DNA of 64,000 nt from the human T2T-CHM13v2.0 reference genome, Homo sapiens (GCF_009914755.1 NC_060943.1), one strand, 5' to 3'. Positions 30,551-48,507 are shown, counted from the first letter of the stretch. The notes: a model not told the origin generated them from the sequence alone. Numbers and translations are program-made.

Positions 30551-31622
30551 TGTGCAGGGGGAACTGGCAGAGGGGGTGGGGCTGGACAGGGCGCGCCCCC
30601 AGCCTGGCCCCTCCCCTGCACAGCTTGGAATTTCCTGAAACTGGGGAAGTCTGGCTGTTTAGAAGAGTAATTTCTTCCAGATTGCAGCTGTATGGAGAGA
30701 GAGAGAGGGAGAGAGAGAGAGAGAAAGAGAGAAGAGAGGCAGGTCAGACAGTGAAAGCAGCAGGAGGATGAAGAGCATGGAGGGTGTCTGAGAGGGGCAG
30801 CTCTGGCTTTGCTGCGGCGTCCCCTAGATGAACCTCCCTGCCTGGAGCCACTCCGTCATAGAAAGCTCATATCTCATTCTAAGCACCAGTGTCTATTGAT
30901 GACAAGAGAGTGAGGTTTGAGTGTTAGGGCAATTCCTTCAGGGCGGTGCGGGCAGGGAGAGAGAGCGGAGGGGGAGAGCAGAGTCCCAAGGCAGGATGCA
31001 GCTCAGTGGGAAGAAGGTGGGAAGCCCAGGTGGGAGTCTAGGTCTGTGGGAGGGAGGTGGAGGCCCAGGTGGGAGGCTGGGTCAGCGGGAGGGAGGTGGA
31101 GATGCAGGTTGGAGCCTGGGTCAGGGTCAGAGGGAGAGGGAGAGGGAAGCCCAGGTAGGAGGCAGCTCAGTGAGAGAAAGGGGAGGCCCAGGTGGGAGGC
31201 TAGGTCAGTGGTTTTACCCCTAGTTGGGGCTGGGGTTGTAGTGCTGGAGAGAAGACAGTCAATTTGCGATAACAGGAAGCAGCCTTGAGCTGGGTCTTAA
31301 GGATGAGTGAGAGTTGATGGAGCCCAGGGAGAGGAGGATGGATATCGGAGCAGAGTGGGGAAGCTGGGTGGGGCAGAGGGTTCTCAGACACCAGGTGGAG
31401 TTTGATTTGCCTGGAGAAGCCAGCTTGAAAGCCACTGGGAGCTTCAGTTTGCCCTGCAGGCGTGGGGGGACCGCGGAGGAATGGCAGGGAAAGATCCAGG
31501 TGTTAGAAAGTTCCCACTGGGGTCCCCGCAGGGGATGGAGTGAAGTAGGTCAGGACTCAGCACCCACAGCAAAATTTAAGGGGGGAGGGGGCAGTGGTCA
31601 CCAGAAACTCAGTAATCAGAAA

Positions 31623-31625
<3 letters not shown>

Positions 31626-31663
<38 letters not shown>
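31626..31663. repeat. (TA)n microsatellite
   Basis: Direct reading. Confidence 0.95.
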
Positions 31664-31664
<1 letters not shown>

Positions 31665-31750
31665 CAGACTTTTATTAAGTATTTTTTATTGATGTAAAAT
31701 TCACATAACATAAAATTAACCATCTTTTTTTTTTCTTTTTTTTTAATTGA

Positions 31751-31855
<105 letters not shown>

Positions 31856-32379
31856 TGAGTAGCCGGGATTACCGGTGCCTGCCACCACGCCCAGCTAATT
31901 TTGTATTTTTAGTAGAGACGGGGTTTCTCCACGTTGGTCAGGCTGGTCTCGAACTCCCGACCTCAGGTTATCCGCCTGCCTCGGCTTCCAAAGTGCTGGG
32001 ATTATAGGTGTGAGCCACTGCATCGGGCCAGAATTAACCATCTTAAGGTGTACAGTTCAGTGACATTTAGTACATTCCCAATGGAACGTACCTAATTGGT
32101 ACACTGGTAATTGTGTAGCCATCCTTTCTATCAAGTTCCCAAACATTTTCATCACCCCTAAAGAAAACCCTATTAAGCGGTCACTCCCATGCCCCGCTCT
32201 CTGCAGCCCCTGGAAACCACTCCCCTGTTTTCTGATTCATGGATTACCTCTTCTGGACATTCGCATAAATGGAATCACACATCATACAGCCTTACCTATC
32301 TGACTTCCTTCACATAAGCAGGTTCATCCGTGTGCAGCATGTGCCAGTGGTTCATTACATGTATTATGTACATACGTTA

Positions 32380-32553
<174 letters not shown>

Positions 32554-32821
32554 TCAGGTACTCGGGAGGCTGAGGCAGGATACTCGCTTGAACGCAGGAG
32601 GCGGAGGTTGCAGTGAGCCCAGATCGAGCCACTGCACTCCAGCCTGGACAACAGAGCAAGACTCGCTCTAAAAAAAAAAAAAAAAAAAAAAAAGACGAAA
32701 AAAAGAAAAAGAGATATGTATATAAGAGATCTATTTGTCACGTGTGTAATCCCAGCACCAGCACTTAGGGAGGCTGAGGCGGGCAGACCACGAGGTCAGG
32801 AGATCGAGACCATCCTGGCTA

Positions 32822-33044
<223 letters not shown>

Positions 33045-33702
33045 TCACGCCAGGATAATCTCCCTGACGTAAGATCCACAATTTTAAGTGCATCTGCAGA
33101 CCTATTCACGGGTCGCAGGGATTTGTGCGTGGACATCTTGCATGTGCGGGGGTGGGTGGGGCTATTCTGCTACCACAGTGCCCCTCAGAGGTCAGGTCCT
33201 GGGAGGGGGCGGGGCCAAAGCAGGGCCAGCTTCATGGGTTGCCCAGTGACCCATGCTCGGAGGGCCCTGCACCTTTCTTTTTTTGTTTGTTTTTGAGACA
33301 AAGCCTTACTCTGTTGCTCAGGCTGGAGTGTCAAAGGCAAGATCTTGGCTCACTGCAACCTCTGCCTCCCGGGTTCCAGCAATTCTCCCGCCTCAGCCTC
33401 TCCAGTAGCTGGGATTACAGGCGCACGCCACCACGCCCAGCTACTTTTTGTATTTTTAGTAGAGACGGGGTTTCACCATGTTGGCCAGGCTGGTCTTGAA
33501 CTCCTGACCTCAGGTGATCCGCCCGCCTCGGTCTCCCAAAGTGCTGGAATTACCGGCGTGAGCCACTGCACCTGGCCTTTTTGTTTGTTTTTTAGACAGA
33601 GTCTCTATCTGTTGCTCAGGCTGGAGTGCCAATGGTGAGATCTCAGCTCACTGAAACCTCCACCTCCCGGGTTCAAGCGATTCTCCTGCCTCAGCCGCCT
33701 GA

Positions 33703-33888
<186 letters not shown>

Positions 33889-34410
33889 TAATGCTCAGCT
33901 GTCACCAATTTGAAATTCCTTACGTTTTGAAGAAGGGATCCTGAGTTCTCATTTGCAATAGACCCCACCAATTATGTGGCTGGTTCTGGATGGAACAGCG
34001 GGAAGGGCAGAGGCCTGGGAGAAAGTGGCCGAGAAGAGCAACGATGGAGAGATAAAAGGGAAAGGAACTCTGGATGATACCCTGGCAGCAGCCTGGGAAA
34101 GCAAAGAGGGAGGAAGAGAGAGGTGTGTCCCAGAAGCCTGGAGTGGGAGATGCACCGTCCCTTCCTTGTGGACTGAAAAGCAGGCTAAGTATGATTAAAA
34201 AAAAAAAAAAAAAGAGGGAGTGAGGTCCACTGGACTCAGTAAGAATCCAGAGTTCACTGGGGGCCTGGGTGAGAGCAGACCCAAATGGGGTGGGCAGGGA
34301 GAGGTCAGATTGCAGTGGAGAAGGCCAGAGAGAGAGAGATTGGAGGCCAGGAAAGGCGGAGGGGTCAGCAGATAACCCAGGGTGTCCTCTGTGAAGGGAA
34401 AGAGAGATAA

Positions 34411-34797
<387 letters not shown>

Positions 34798-35771
34798 TGA
34801 TTCCTTAGCTGATTTCAGTGAGTACATACTTCCAGTGCCCCTACATAATTATACACCAGTTCCTAGAATCTTTTTGTAATTATTCAGACTTTTATAGCAA
34901 TCTAATCATCACTACCCGGCAATTTGTTTTCTTAAGTCTAGTGCTATTGAGGGGGTTCCAACGTTTCCCTTTTAAATGTTTCAGCCCCTCTTCTGAGTAG
35001 CAGGGACATGGATGGAACTTTGATCCTATCTTATCCTTAAAGAGCTTACAGGATATTGAGAGGAGAGGAGGGAAGTTGACATGGCACCACCCAGTGGAAT
35101 GACATAGTCAGCACAGAGCTCAGTGGGAGCACAGAGGAAGAGCGCCAGGCCCATCATGTCCAGCTGCGTAGGTTGTGCACTGCACAACTCTGGGGTCATC
35201 ATATCACAAACTGAGTGTGAAGAGCCTTGTGAGGCTTCCAGGACAGGTTTCTAGGGGTCACCAGATGCTGGTCTAGATCAGGATGGAGGAATCTTGACTC
35301 CTAGAAAGAGGTGGGCAGGGAATTGCTGAGGACGTTTGAAGTCTAATGGGCTGAGCCTTCCCTGTGGTGAGCGGCAGCTCAGCTTTCTAGAGGAAGTTTG
35401 GGAAGAAGAATCCTCAGTGAAGGGGTGTTCTACTTGGAGTGATTCGTGTTTCCTTCCAGCTCACTCAGGGTAGTCATGGCCTCTTCCCTTTCCCTGGCTC
35501 TCAGTCTGCATCCACCACACTGTTCCCCCTGCTGAACTTTGCACACTCCAGACCACTGGACCACTGCTGCACTTTCTCATTTATCCAGATCATTTTCACC
35601 TTCTAGTAAGCTGTGAATGTGCTTATTATGCCCAAGGGTTACTGTCTGTCTCCTTCTGCAAGAATATAGGCTCCTTGGCTGGGCGTTCTGGGTCAGGCCT
35701 GTCATCCCCAGCACTTTGGGAGGCCGAGGCGGGCAGATCACGAGGTCAGGAGATGGAGACAATCCTGGCTA

Positions 35772-36028
<257 letters not shown>

Positions 36029-36552
36029 TCAAACAGTGTCTGGCACACAGGACAGGACCAACAAATACTGAATGAGAAAAGTGAATGACAGATGGAAAAG
36101 AACAGAACTAAACAGGGAGTTTCTCCACTGGGACCACAAGAGGGCACTCAAGATACGTGTCAAACCCTTGAAGCCCCAAGGTGGGTGGTCTCTCTGCTCC
36201 TCAGCCTGGAGGACCAGGGACAGGTGACCTGGACCACGTCCTTTCTCCTCTGTGAGCCTCTATTTCCCCATGTGTAGCGTGGAGATGGAAATGCCTGAAA
36301 TACGTTCTTGTGAGAAGCAAAAACCCAACAACGCATGCACGTGAATGTCTTCCAAGGGGTTGCACGTGTCCAAATTCATCTAATTGTGTACATTAAGTGA
36401 GAGGGTTTTTTAGTAGAACAATTATAGCTAAACAAAGCTGCTAAAATGTAAATAAAATAAAAAATAAAACTTGCATTGAACAACAACAGAGCCGTTAGGC
36501 TAGAGCAAGAAATCTGAAGGATGGCAATCCAGACCCCAATAAATCCACAAAG

Positions 36553-36554
<2 letters not shown>

Positions 36555-36592
<38 letters not shown>
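36555..36592. repeat. (GT)n microsatellite
   Basis: Direct reading. Confidence 0.95.
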
Positions 36593-36596
<4 letters not shown>

Positions 36597-36614
36597 ATTT
36601 TTTTTTTTTTTTGA

Positions 36615-36779
<165 letters not shown>

Positions 36780-37198
36780 TGAAGCAACCAGTGAGCACAA
36801 TGCTATCCTGTGAAATTATTAAAACCTAAAACTAAATGGAAGCTCTGGTTGAAAAGTGCAATACATTCCTAGCAGGATGGGAGACATTCAGCAAAATCAA
36901 TCATGTGTCTGTATACTAATGAACAATAATTTAAAAACGAAGTGAGGAGAGGAATTTTATTTACAAAGCCTCCAAAGTAATAAAATGAGTGGGAAGAAAT
37001 TTAATAAAAGAAATAAAGGACGTGTATACTAAAAATTACAAAAGATGCTGAGAAGTTAAAGATCTAAATAAACGGAGAGGCTGAGCGTGGTGGCTCACGC
37101 CTGTAATCTCAGCATTTTGGGAGGCCAAGGCAGGCAGGTTACTTGAGATCAGGAGTTGGAGACCAGCCTGGCCTACATGGGGAAACTGGTCTCCACTA

Positions 37199-37410
<212 letters not shown>

Positions 37411-37881
37411 TCACAATAGCATCCAAAATAATAAATATAAGAAATAAAAATTAACAAAAAGTGTCATCTTGCAAAGCAGTAACATAATATGAAAAAACCC
37501 CACTGACCACATCCTTCCTCATTCTTAGAAAGGGAATTATGGTCATAGTGGTTGACCTGTGGCCATGTAATTCTGTCCAAATATCCCTGAATGGTAAATG
37601 TGAAAACAGTAGAATGAATTCCATTGAAAATAAGAAAACAAGAAGAAATAAAGTCAGAACGCAAAAGTTTTTTTTAAGGGTTATTGGGATGGAATTTTGT
37701 TTGTTTGTTTTTTTGAGATGCAGACTTACTCTGTCATCCAGGCTGGAGTGCAATGGTGCGATCTCAGCTCACTGCATTCTCCACCTTCCGGGTTGAAGCC
37801 ATTCTCCTGCCTCAGCCTCCTGATTAGCTGAGATTATAGGCATGTGCCACCACGCCCGGCTAATTTTTGTATTTTTAGTAG

Positions 37882-38007
<126 letters not shown>

Positions 38008-39442
38008 TAACGCTCAGCTGTCACCAATTTGAAATTCCTTACGTTTTGAAGAAGGGACGTCGAGTTCTCATTTGCAATAGACCCCACCAATTATGTGGCT
38101 GGTTCTGGATGGAACAGCGGGAAGGGCAGAGGCCTGGGAGAAAGCGGCCAAGAACAGCAACGATGGAGAGATAAAAGGGAAAGGAACTCTGGATGATACC
38201 CTGGCAGCAGCCTGGGAAAGCCAAGAGGGAGGAAGAGAGAGGTGTGTCCCAGAAGCCTGGAGTGGGAGATGCATCGTCCCTTTCTTGTGGTCTCAAAAGC
38301 AGGCCAAGTATGATTTTTTTTTTTTTTTAACTGCCGGGCGCGGTGTCTCAAGCCTGTAATCCCAGCACTTTGGGAGGCCGAGGCGGGCGGATCACGAGGT
38401 CAGGAGTTCAAGACCACCTTGGCCAACATGGTGAAACCTCATCTCTACTAAAAATACAATAATTAGCTGGGCGTAGTGGCGCGCGCCAAGATGGAGCTTA
38501 CTCGGGCGGCTGAGGCAGGAGAATGGCGTGAACTGGGGAGGTGGGACTTGCAGTGAGCCAAGATCGGGCCACTGCACTCCAGCCTGGGCGACAGAGCGAG
38601 ACTCCGTCTCAAAAAAAAAAAAAAGCTCCTCGATGGCAAGGATGTTTGTTTTGTATATTGATGGACCGCGAGAGCACAGGAGAGGACCAACAAATACTGA
38701 ATGAGAAGAATGAATGGCAGATGGAAAAGAACAGAACTAAACAGGGAGTTTCTCCACTGAGACCACAAGAGGGCACCCGAGATACGCGTCAAACCCTCGC
38801 AGCCCCAAGGTGGGTGGTCTCTGCTCCTCAGCCTGGAGGACCAGGGACAGGTGTGACCGGGACCACGTCCTTTCTCCTCTGTGAGCCTCTATTTCCCCAT
38901 GTGTAGCGTGGAGATGGAAGTGCCTGAAATACGTTCTTGTGAGAAGCAAAACGCTAACAACACATGCACGTGAATGTCTTCTAAGGGGTTATTGCATACG
39001 TCCAAATTCATCTAATTGTGTATATTAAGTGAGAGGGTTTTTTAGTGGAACAATTGTAGCTAAATAAAGCTGCTAAAAAGTAAATAAAATAAAAAATGAA
39101 ACTTGCAATGAACAACAGCAACAGAGTCATTACGCTAGAGCAAGAAATCTGAAGGATGGCAATCTAGACCCCAATAAATCCACGAAGTTAGAATTTTTTT
39201 TTTTTTTTTTTTTTTTTTGGTGACGGAATTTCGCTCTTGTTGCCCAGGCTGGCTTACAATGGTGCAATCTCGGCTCACCGCAGCTGCCGCGTCCCGGGTT
39301 CAAGCATTTCTCCCATCTCAGCTTTCTGAGTAGCTGGGATTACAGGCATGTGCCATCGCTCCCGGCTAACAGAAATATTAATTACATGAAACGACCAGTG
39401 AGCACAGTGCTATCCTGTGAAATTATTAAAACATAAAACTAA

Positions 39443-40035
<593 letters not shown>

Positions 40036-42262
40036 TCAGCACTTTGGGAGGCTAAGGCAGGTGGATTACCTGAGGTCAGGAGTTCTAGACTAGCCTGGCA
40101 AACATGGGGAAACCTGATCTATACTAAACAAAACAAAACAAAACAAAACAAAACAAAACAAAACAAAAAACTTAGCTCCAGCTTAGAGCCAGACTCCATC
40201 CCAAAATTAATAGATAAATACATACATGCATGCATACATAAATGGAGAAAGTTTATACATTCACAATAGCATCTGACATAATAAATGTAAGAAATAAAAT
40301 GAATAAAAAGTGTCATCTTGCAAAGCAGTAAAATAAGATGAAAAAACCTCACTGACCACATCCTTCCTCATTCTCAGAAAGGGAATCACGGTCATAGTGG
40401 TTGACCTGTGGCCGTGTAATTCTGTCCAAATATCCATGAATGGTAAATGTGAAAACAGTAGAATGAATTCCATTGAAAATAAGAAAACAAGAAGAAATAA
40501 AGTCAGAACTCAAAAGTGTTTTTGAAGTGTTATTGGGATGGGGTTTTTTGTTTTTTTTTTTTTTTTTTTTAGACGGAGACTCGCTGTGTCGCCGAGGCTG
40601 GAGTGCATGGTGCGATCTCGGCTCACTGAAACCTCTGCCTCCTGGGTTCAAGCGATTCTCCTGCTTCAGCCTCCTGAGTAGCTGATATTATAGGCGCGCA
40701 CCATCATGCCTGGCTAATTTTTGTATTTTTAGTAGAGACGGGGTTTCATCATGTTGGCCAGGCTGGTCTCGAACTCCTGACCTCAGGTGATAAAGCCCAC
40801 CTCAGCTTCCCAAAATACTGGCCTTACAGGCACGAGCCACTGCGCCCAGCCTATTTGTTATTATTTGATAATATTTATATTATCACCTATCAATTTATGA
40901 TGACAAGTGCACTTAACATAAGATCTATCTTAGCAAATTTGTAAGGGTACAAGGCAGTCTTATTCCCTGCACACACTAAGCCGCACAGGAGACTCTAGGC
41001 CTTCCTCATCTTGCATGACTGAAACTCAAGAGGGAAAAATGAGGAGTTATCAGTCATAGGAAAGAGATCTTGATACCTTGCCTGTTCTTTCTAAGCCAAT
41101 ACTCTCAGCTCCTTAAAGGGGGCACTTTTATTTCATTTTATTTTTTTTCCCTCAGGTATAAATAATTTAATTTTTTTCAGTTATAAGGCTAACACATACT
41201 CAATTTAAAAATCCAAATAAAAACTCCTCAAAAAATGAAGAGCCATTTAAACTCCCTTGACCTAATATTAACTGCTACAAACATCGTGATTAATATTTTC
41301 CTACAAATCTCTCCTTCCATAAACATGTGTATAAACATGCATATGTAATTTAACTTACATGTGGCCTCTATATACGTGTTTTTTTTCCTGTTTTGCTCAC
41401 TCAACAAAATCCTCGGTATCTTCCATGTCAATGAAAGTTAAACAGCACCATCATTTTTAATGACCACACAGTATTCCATTGCACTGGGCAGGTGGGGGGC
41501 AGGGCATTGTTTATTTAATATTTAAGTGTCCATTAAGTGATGGGCAATATGTTTCTAATTCACTGCTCTTCATTCTACAAGTGTTTGCTGAGCATCTATT
41601 ATGTGCCAGGCCCTAAGTACCAGTGATAAAGTGATGATCAAGACAGAAGAGCCAAGACTTCCCTGGCCAAGTGAAGTCTCCATTCTAACGGCGGGAGAGG
41701 GACAGCGTACAAGTCAATGAGTGGATAATTAGAAAGGAGGATGAACGTCAAGAGGAAATGAAGACGAATCTTCTTAGCGAAGGAATGGGTGTCGGGCTAG
41801 TGGACTTCTTTCAACACAGTGGTCTAGGAAGGCTCTTCTTGCTGAGATGATGCTGAGCAGAGACCTGGAGGCTGTGGTGCAAAGCAGGAGGTCGGTGCAC
41901 CCAGGCAGAGACGCGGAGCCCCGAGGCAGGGAGGGACCTGGTGTCTTCAAGGAACAGCAGGAATGTCATGTGGCCTGAGGGCAGGGAGTGAGGGGCACAG
42001 GGACCAACGTGAAATTGGAAAGATGAGTAAGTGTCCCGTAGGTCACAGAGTTTGGGTTTTGGGCCATGTGTACTATGAAGTCACTGGAGATTTCAATGGT
42101 AACAAAACATAATCTGATTTATGCTTTTAAAGGATCACTCTGGGGCCGGGTGCAGGGGCTCACGCCTGTAATCCCAGCACTTTGGGAGACTGAGGCGGGC
42201 GGATCATGAGGTCAAGAGATCGAGACCATCCTGGGCAACATGGTGAAACCCCGTCTCTACTA

Positions 42263-42712
<450 letters not shown>

Positions 42713-43471
42713 TTAACTTTCTCATATTAATCCTTCCAGTGTTTGTTTCTGGGTGAATATGAGACAATATGAATGTATATTCTGATTCCCCCAATTCTTG
42801 GCACAATACAGATTTAATCCCTAAGAATACACTCTGGGATCTCTCCATAAAGTACATAGGCGATTTTCTTTTTATTTTCTTTTTTTGAGACAAGTCTCAC
42901 TCTGTTGCCCATGCTGGAGTGCAGTGGTGCGATCTCAGCTCACTGCAATCTCCACCTCCCAGGTTGAAGCAATTCTCCTACTCAGCCTCCCGAGCTGAAA
43001 TGATGGGCGCCAGCCACCAGGTCCAGCTAATTTTTTTGTATTTTTAGTAGAAACAGGGTTTTACCATGTTGGCCAGGCTGGTCTCGAACTCCTGGCCTCA
43101 GGTGATCTGCCCGCATCTGCCTTCCAAAGTGCTGGGATTACAGTCAGGAGCCTGGCCCATGGGGCATTTTCAAATATATTTCTCCCTGGTCTTCTAAATT
43201 CCAGACTGACTGATGAGAAGTCTGATGTAATTATGATAATAGAAACTTAGTACACCATTGTGTTTTTTCTCCCACCTTTGAGGTCTTCTTTATTTTCTTT
43301 TTCCTTTGAGATAATGCAGCTTGGTGAGTGCGGTGAGCCCTTAGGGAGGCATTTTTTCTCTCTCCCTAGCGTCACTGCTGGCTGGCTTCCTCCTCTCTGC
43401 CCTTTACTTCTTTTTTTTCATTCCAGCTCCTCAAGTTGCATGTTCAGTGATTAATTCTCCAAACTTCATAA

Positions 43472-43695
<224 letters not shown>

Positions 43696-43780
43696 TGACC
43701 TCGTGATCCACCCACCTCATCCTCTCAAAGTGCTGGGATTACAGGCGTGAGCCACCATGCCCAGCCCCAAACTTCATAAT

Positions 43781-43812
<32 letters not shown>

Positions 43813-44219
43813 GTGTGCTTAAAACAATCCACATTTCACTTTAAGTGTGATTTTTATTGCATCTAAGTTTCGATATGAATAACATTGTTCATTTCTAAAT
43901 ATGTCACAACTTCTGTGTTTTTTTTTTTAACAGTCACTCAAAAGTTATGCAGATTTTTGTTGTTGTTTTAAAAATGTGTGTTTTTTAAACGTTTAATTTT
44001 TGGTCTTTTATGTAATTTTTGCAGTCACGAAATATGGTTTCATTATATTAAATCTTTGGAATATTTTGAGACCTTCTTGGTGGATTAAGAAGTGGTCAAT
44101 TTTTGTAGATTTTTCATATGTTCCTGAAAAGAATGTGGGTTCTCCATTGTTGCTGTTTTGTACATATAAATATAACAACACACCAATAATGAAAATAACA
44201 ATTATGATAACAATCATTA

Positions 44220-44541
<322 letters not shown>

Positions 44542-44584
44542 TCAATATTAGAACCCTTAGTAATGTCAGGCTCAGTCTGACTAC

Positions 44585-44710
44585 TTTTTTTTTATTTATT
44601 ATTATACTTTAAGTTTTAGGGTACATGTGCACATTGTGCAGGTTAGTTACATATGTATACATGTGCCATGCTGGTGCACTGCACCCACTAACTCGTCATC
44701 TAGCATTAGG
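44585..44710 (-). mobile_element. Severely 5'-truncated young L1PA 3' end (~125 bp)
   Basis: Matches the L1PA2-like 3'UTR terminus; TSD gactacttttt at 44579 and 44710. Confidence 0.85.
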
Positions 44711-44892
44711 ACTACTTTTTATTTTTAAGAAAGCATGCTTACTTTTGCCTTTCATTTTTCTATATTTTTAAAAAACTTTGTAAACATTTATGGGGTACAA
44801 GTGTAATTTTGTTGCATGTAAAGATTGCCCAGTGATGAAATCAGGACTTCCAGGTTATCCATTCCCCAAATAATGTGCATTGTACCCATTAA

Positions 44893-45096
<204 letters not shown>

Positions 45097-47769
45097 TAGT
45101 AGAGACAGGGTTTCTCCACGTTGGCCAGGCTGGTCTCGAACTCCTGACCTCAGGTGATCTGCCCGCCTCGGCCTCCCAAAATGCTGGGATTACAAGCGTA
45201 AGCCACCACACCCGGCCCCCGTTCCTCATTCTTAGAAAGGGAATCATGGTCATTGTGGTTGACCTGTGGCCGTGTAATTCTGTCCAAATATCCCTGAATG
45301 GTAAATGTGAAAACAGTAGAATGAATTCCATTGAAAATAAGAAGAAATAAAGTCAGAACTCAAAAGTGTTTTTGAAGTGTTATTGGGATGGAACTTTTTT
45401 TTTTTTTTTTTTTTTTGAGACGGAGACTGCTCTGTCATTTAGGCTGGAGTGCAATGGTGCAATCTTGGCTCACTGCAACTTCTGCCTCCTGGGTTCAAGC
45501 GATTCTCCTGCTTCAGCCTCCTGAGTAGCTGGTATTACAGGTGCGCACCGTCATGCCTGGCTAATTTTTGTATTTTTAGTAGAGACGGGGTTTCACCATG
45601 TTGGCCAGGCTGGTCTCGAACTCCTGACCTCAGGTGATACGCCCACCTCGGCCTCCAAAAATGCTGGCATTACAGGCACGAGCCACTGCGCCCAGCCTAT
45701 TTGTTATTATTTGATAATATTGATATTATCACCTATCAATTTATGATGACAAGTGCACATAACATAAGATCTATCTTAGCAAATTTGTAAGGGTACAAGG
45801 CAGTCTTGTTCCCTGCACACACTAAGCCGCACAGGAGACTGTAGGCCTTCCTCATCTTGCATGACTGAAACTCAAGAGGGAAAAATGAGGAGGTAACAGT
45901 CATAGGAAAGAGATCTTGATACCTTGCCTGTTCTTTCTAAGCCAATACCCTCAGCTCCTTAAAGGGGGCACTTTTATTTCATTTTATTTTTTCCCTCAGG
46001 TATAAATAATTTAATTTTTTTCAGTTATAAGGCTAACACATACTCAATTTAAAAATCCAAATAAAAACACCTCAAAAAATGAAGAGCCATTTAAACTCCC
46101 TTGACCTAATATTAATTGCTACAAACATCTTGATTAATATTTTCCTACAAATCTCTTATTACTAAATTACTCGATAGCCAGTTATTAAGTAATTTCAGTC
46201 TGAGTACCATTAACATAATTACTCACTGAATAATCACAACAGTTCCATGAGTTAGGCACCATTGCTTTTTTATTTTACAGAGGAAGAGGCAAAGAAATAG
46301 AGAGGTAAATAAACTTAGTTTAAAGTGAGAGAGCTTATAACTGGCACGACCAAAATTAAAATCTAGAGATCTGGCCTCTGGAATTGTACTAGATAAATCA
46401 AGTTATGCACTCATAACTTTCCCCATACTCCCTATATACTATGTCTATTCATTCATCATTCATTCAAAAATATTTATTATGTACTATGTGCTAGGGAGTG
46501 TTCCAGGTGCAGGGACACTACAGGAAACACTGCAGGAAAAAAATCTATGGTTTCATGGGGATACATTGTAGTGGGAAGGCAGATAGTCTACAATATTAAT
46601 AAGTAAAATACGTGCACATATGCTGAAGATTAATGATATATGCTGAAGAAAGAAAAAAGGCAGCGAGAGGTGATACGAAATCTGGAGGGAGTGTTGCAAC
46701 TTCAGACAGGATGGTCCAAGAAGGTCTGAAGGATAAGGAGATACTGGGGTTGACAGTGAAGGAGAGGGAGGGATGAGCCTTGTGCCTGTCTGGGTGAAGA
46801 GCATTCCAGTCGAGAATGGCATGTGGATGAGCCCTGAGGCAGATGCTTGCTTGATGTTTTTTTAGGAATAGCAAGGAGGTCACTGGGACTGCATCACAGT
46901 CAGTGAAAGGCAGAGTCGGAGGAGATGCTATCAAAGTACTAACCCAAGTTGGGAGACAGAAGACGCAGTCGTGTCAATATGACTGAGGCGGGAAGTCCTG
47001 GAAAGTTTCTGATCAGAAGAGTGGCACAGAGTGGCGAATGTTTTTATTGTATTGTGTTGTTATTTTACTACCCAATTGCATTTTATTATCAGCGTACCTT
47101 ATTTTATGAAATTAGACCTGCATTTTGGAGGGAGAGTCTGATTTTCATGAAGGCATGTGGTATGCTTCTGACGATAACGCCAGCATTCCAGGTAAGCTGC
47201 CGTCGGCCCTACCTCCGGGACAGCTTGATGCAAGATGCTAATCAAATTAACTCCCTGAGCGTCACTGTTCTCATCTGTAAAACTGGCCTAATGATGAAAA
47301 CATCTTCCCAAAGTTGTGAGAATTAAAGGAACTACCCATAAGGGATACTCGGAGCAGTGTCTGGCATAGAGCGAGAGCTCAGAAAGGTTATCTCTTCCTT
47401 TGATTGCCTTGTGCAATTCTGACTTCAGGAAGGTCTTACCGATATGTTTTAGACAAAAATATGATGATGCCACGCTTAGGCTCAAAACCTGTCCCACTCT
47501 CGTGAGGGTAAAATACCAAAACTCTACTTGGCCTTTTAGAGACTCCTGCTCAATCAATGTACATATTCTTCTTCATTATTTTTCCATCTGGAGTCCACTC
47601 GACTTACAACAGGCAAATTATCTCCTGATGGGGACTTTCACAGAAGCTGTCTCCTCTGTCCACGTCTCCCCCCAGCTGCTCTTCCTGTCGCCAGCTCGTC
47701 AGTCCTCAGCCCGGATTCCACTCCACACTGCAGGTGGCTTCCCTGGGGTCAGCTCTGAGGTTCTCTTGC

Positions 47770-48360
47770 TTTTCTTTTCTTTTTGTTTCCCTCCTTCCTT
47801 CCTTCTTTCCTTCCTTCCTTCCTTTCTTTCTCTCTCTCTCCCTCCCTTCCTTTCCTTCTTTCTCTCTTTCTCTTTCTTCCTTCCTTCCTTTCTTTCTCTC
47901 TCTCTCCCTCCCTTCCTTTCCTTCTTTCTCTCTTTCTCTTTCTTCCTTCCTTCCTTTCTTTCTCTCTCTCTCCCTCCCTTCCTTTCCTTCTTTCTCTCTT
48001 TCTCTTTCTTCCTTCCTTCCTTTCTTTCTCTCTCTCTCCCTCCCTTCCTTTCCTTCTTTCTCTCTTTCTCTTTCTTCCTTCCTTCCTTGCTTCCTTCCTT
48101 CCTTTCTCCCTCCCTTCCTTCCTTTCTTTCCTTTCTTTTTTCTCTCTCTCCCTCCCTTCCTTTGCTTCTTTCTCTCTCTCTTTCTCTTTCTTCCTTCCTT
48201 CCTTTCTCTCTTCCTTCCTTCCTTCCCCCGCTCCCTTCTCTTTCTTTCTTTCTCTCTCTCTCTTCTCTTTCTCCCTTCCTTTCCTTTCTTTCCTTCTCTC
48301 TTTCTCTCTCTCTCCCTTTCCTTCCTTCCTCCCTTCCTCCCTTTCTCTCTCTCTTCCTTC

Positions 48361-48391
<31 letters not shown>

Positions 48392-48421
48392 CTCTCCTCT
48401 TTCTCTCTCTTTCTCTTTCTT

Positions 48422-48474
<53 letters not shown>

Positions 48475-48505
48475 CTCTTTCTTTCTTTTTCTTTCTTTCT
48501 TTCTT
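47770..48505. repeat. ~740 bp almost pure C/T tract with a 66-bp higher-order repeat (4 copies), expanded from an Alu tail
   Basis: Only a few G and essentially no A; abuts the antisense Alu at 48505-48787. Confidence 0.95.
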
Positions 48506-48507
48506 GA

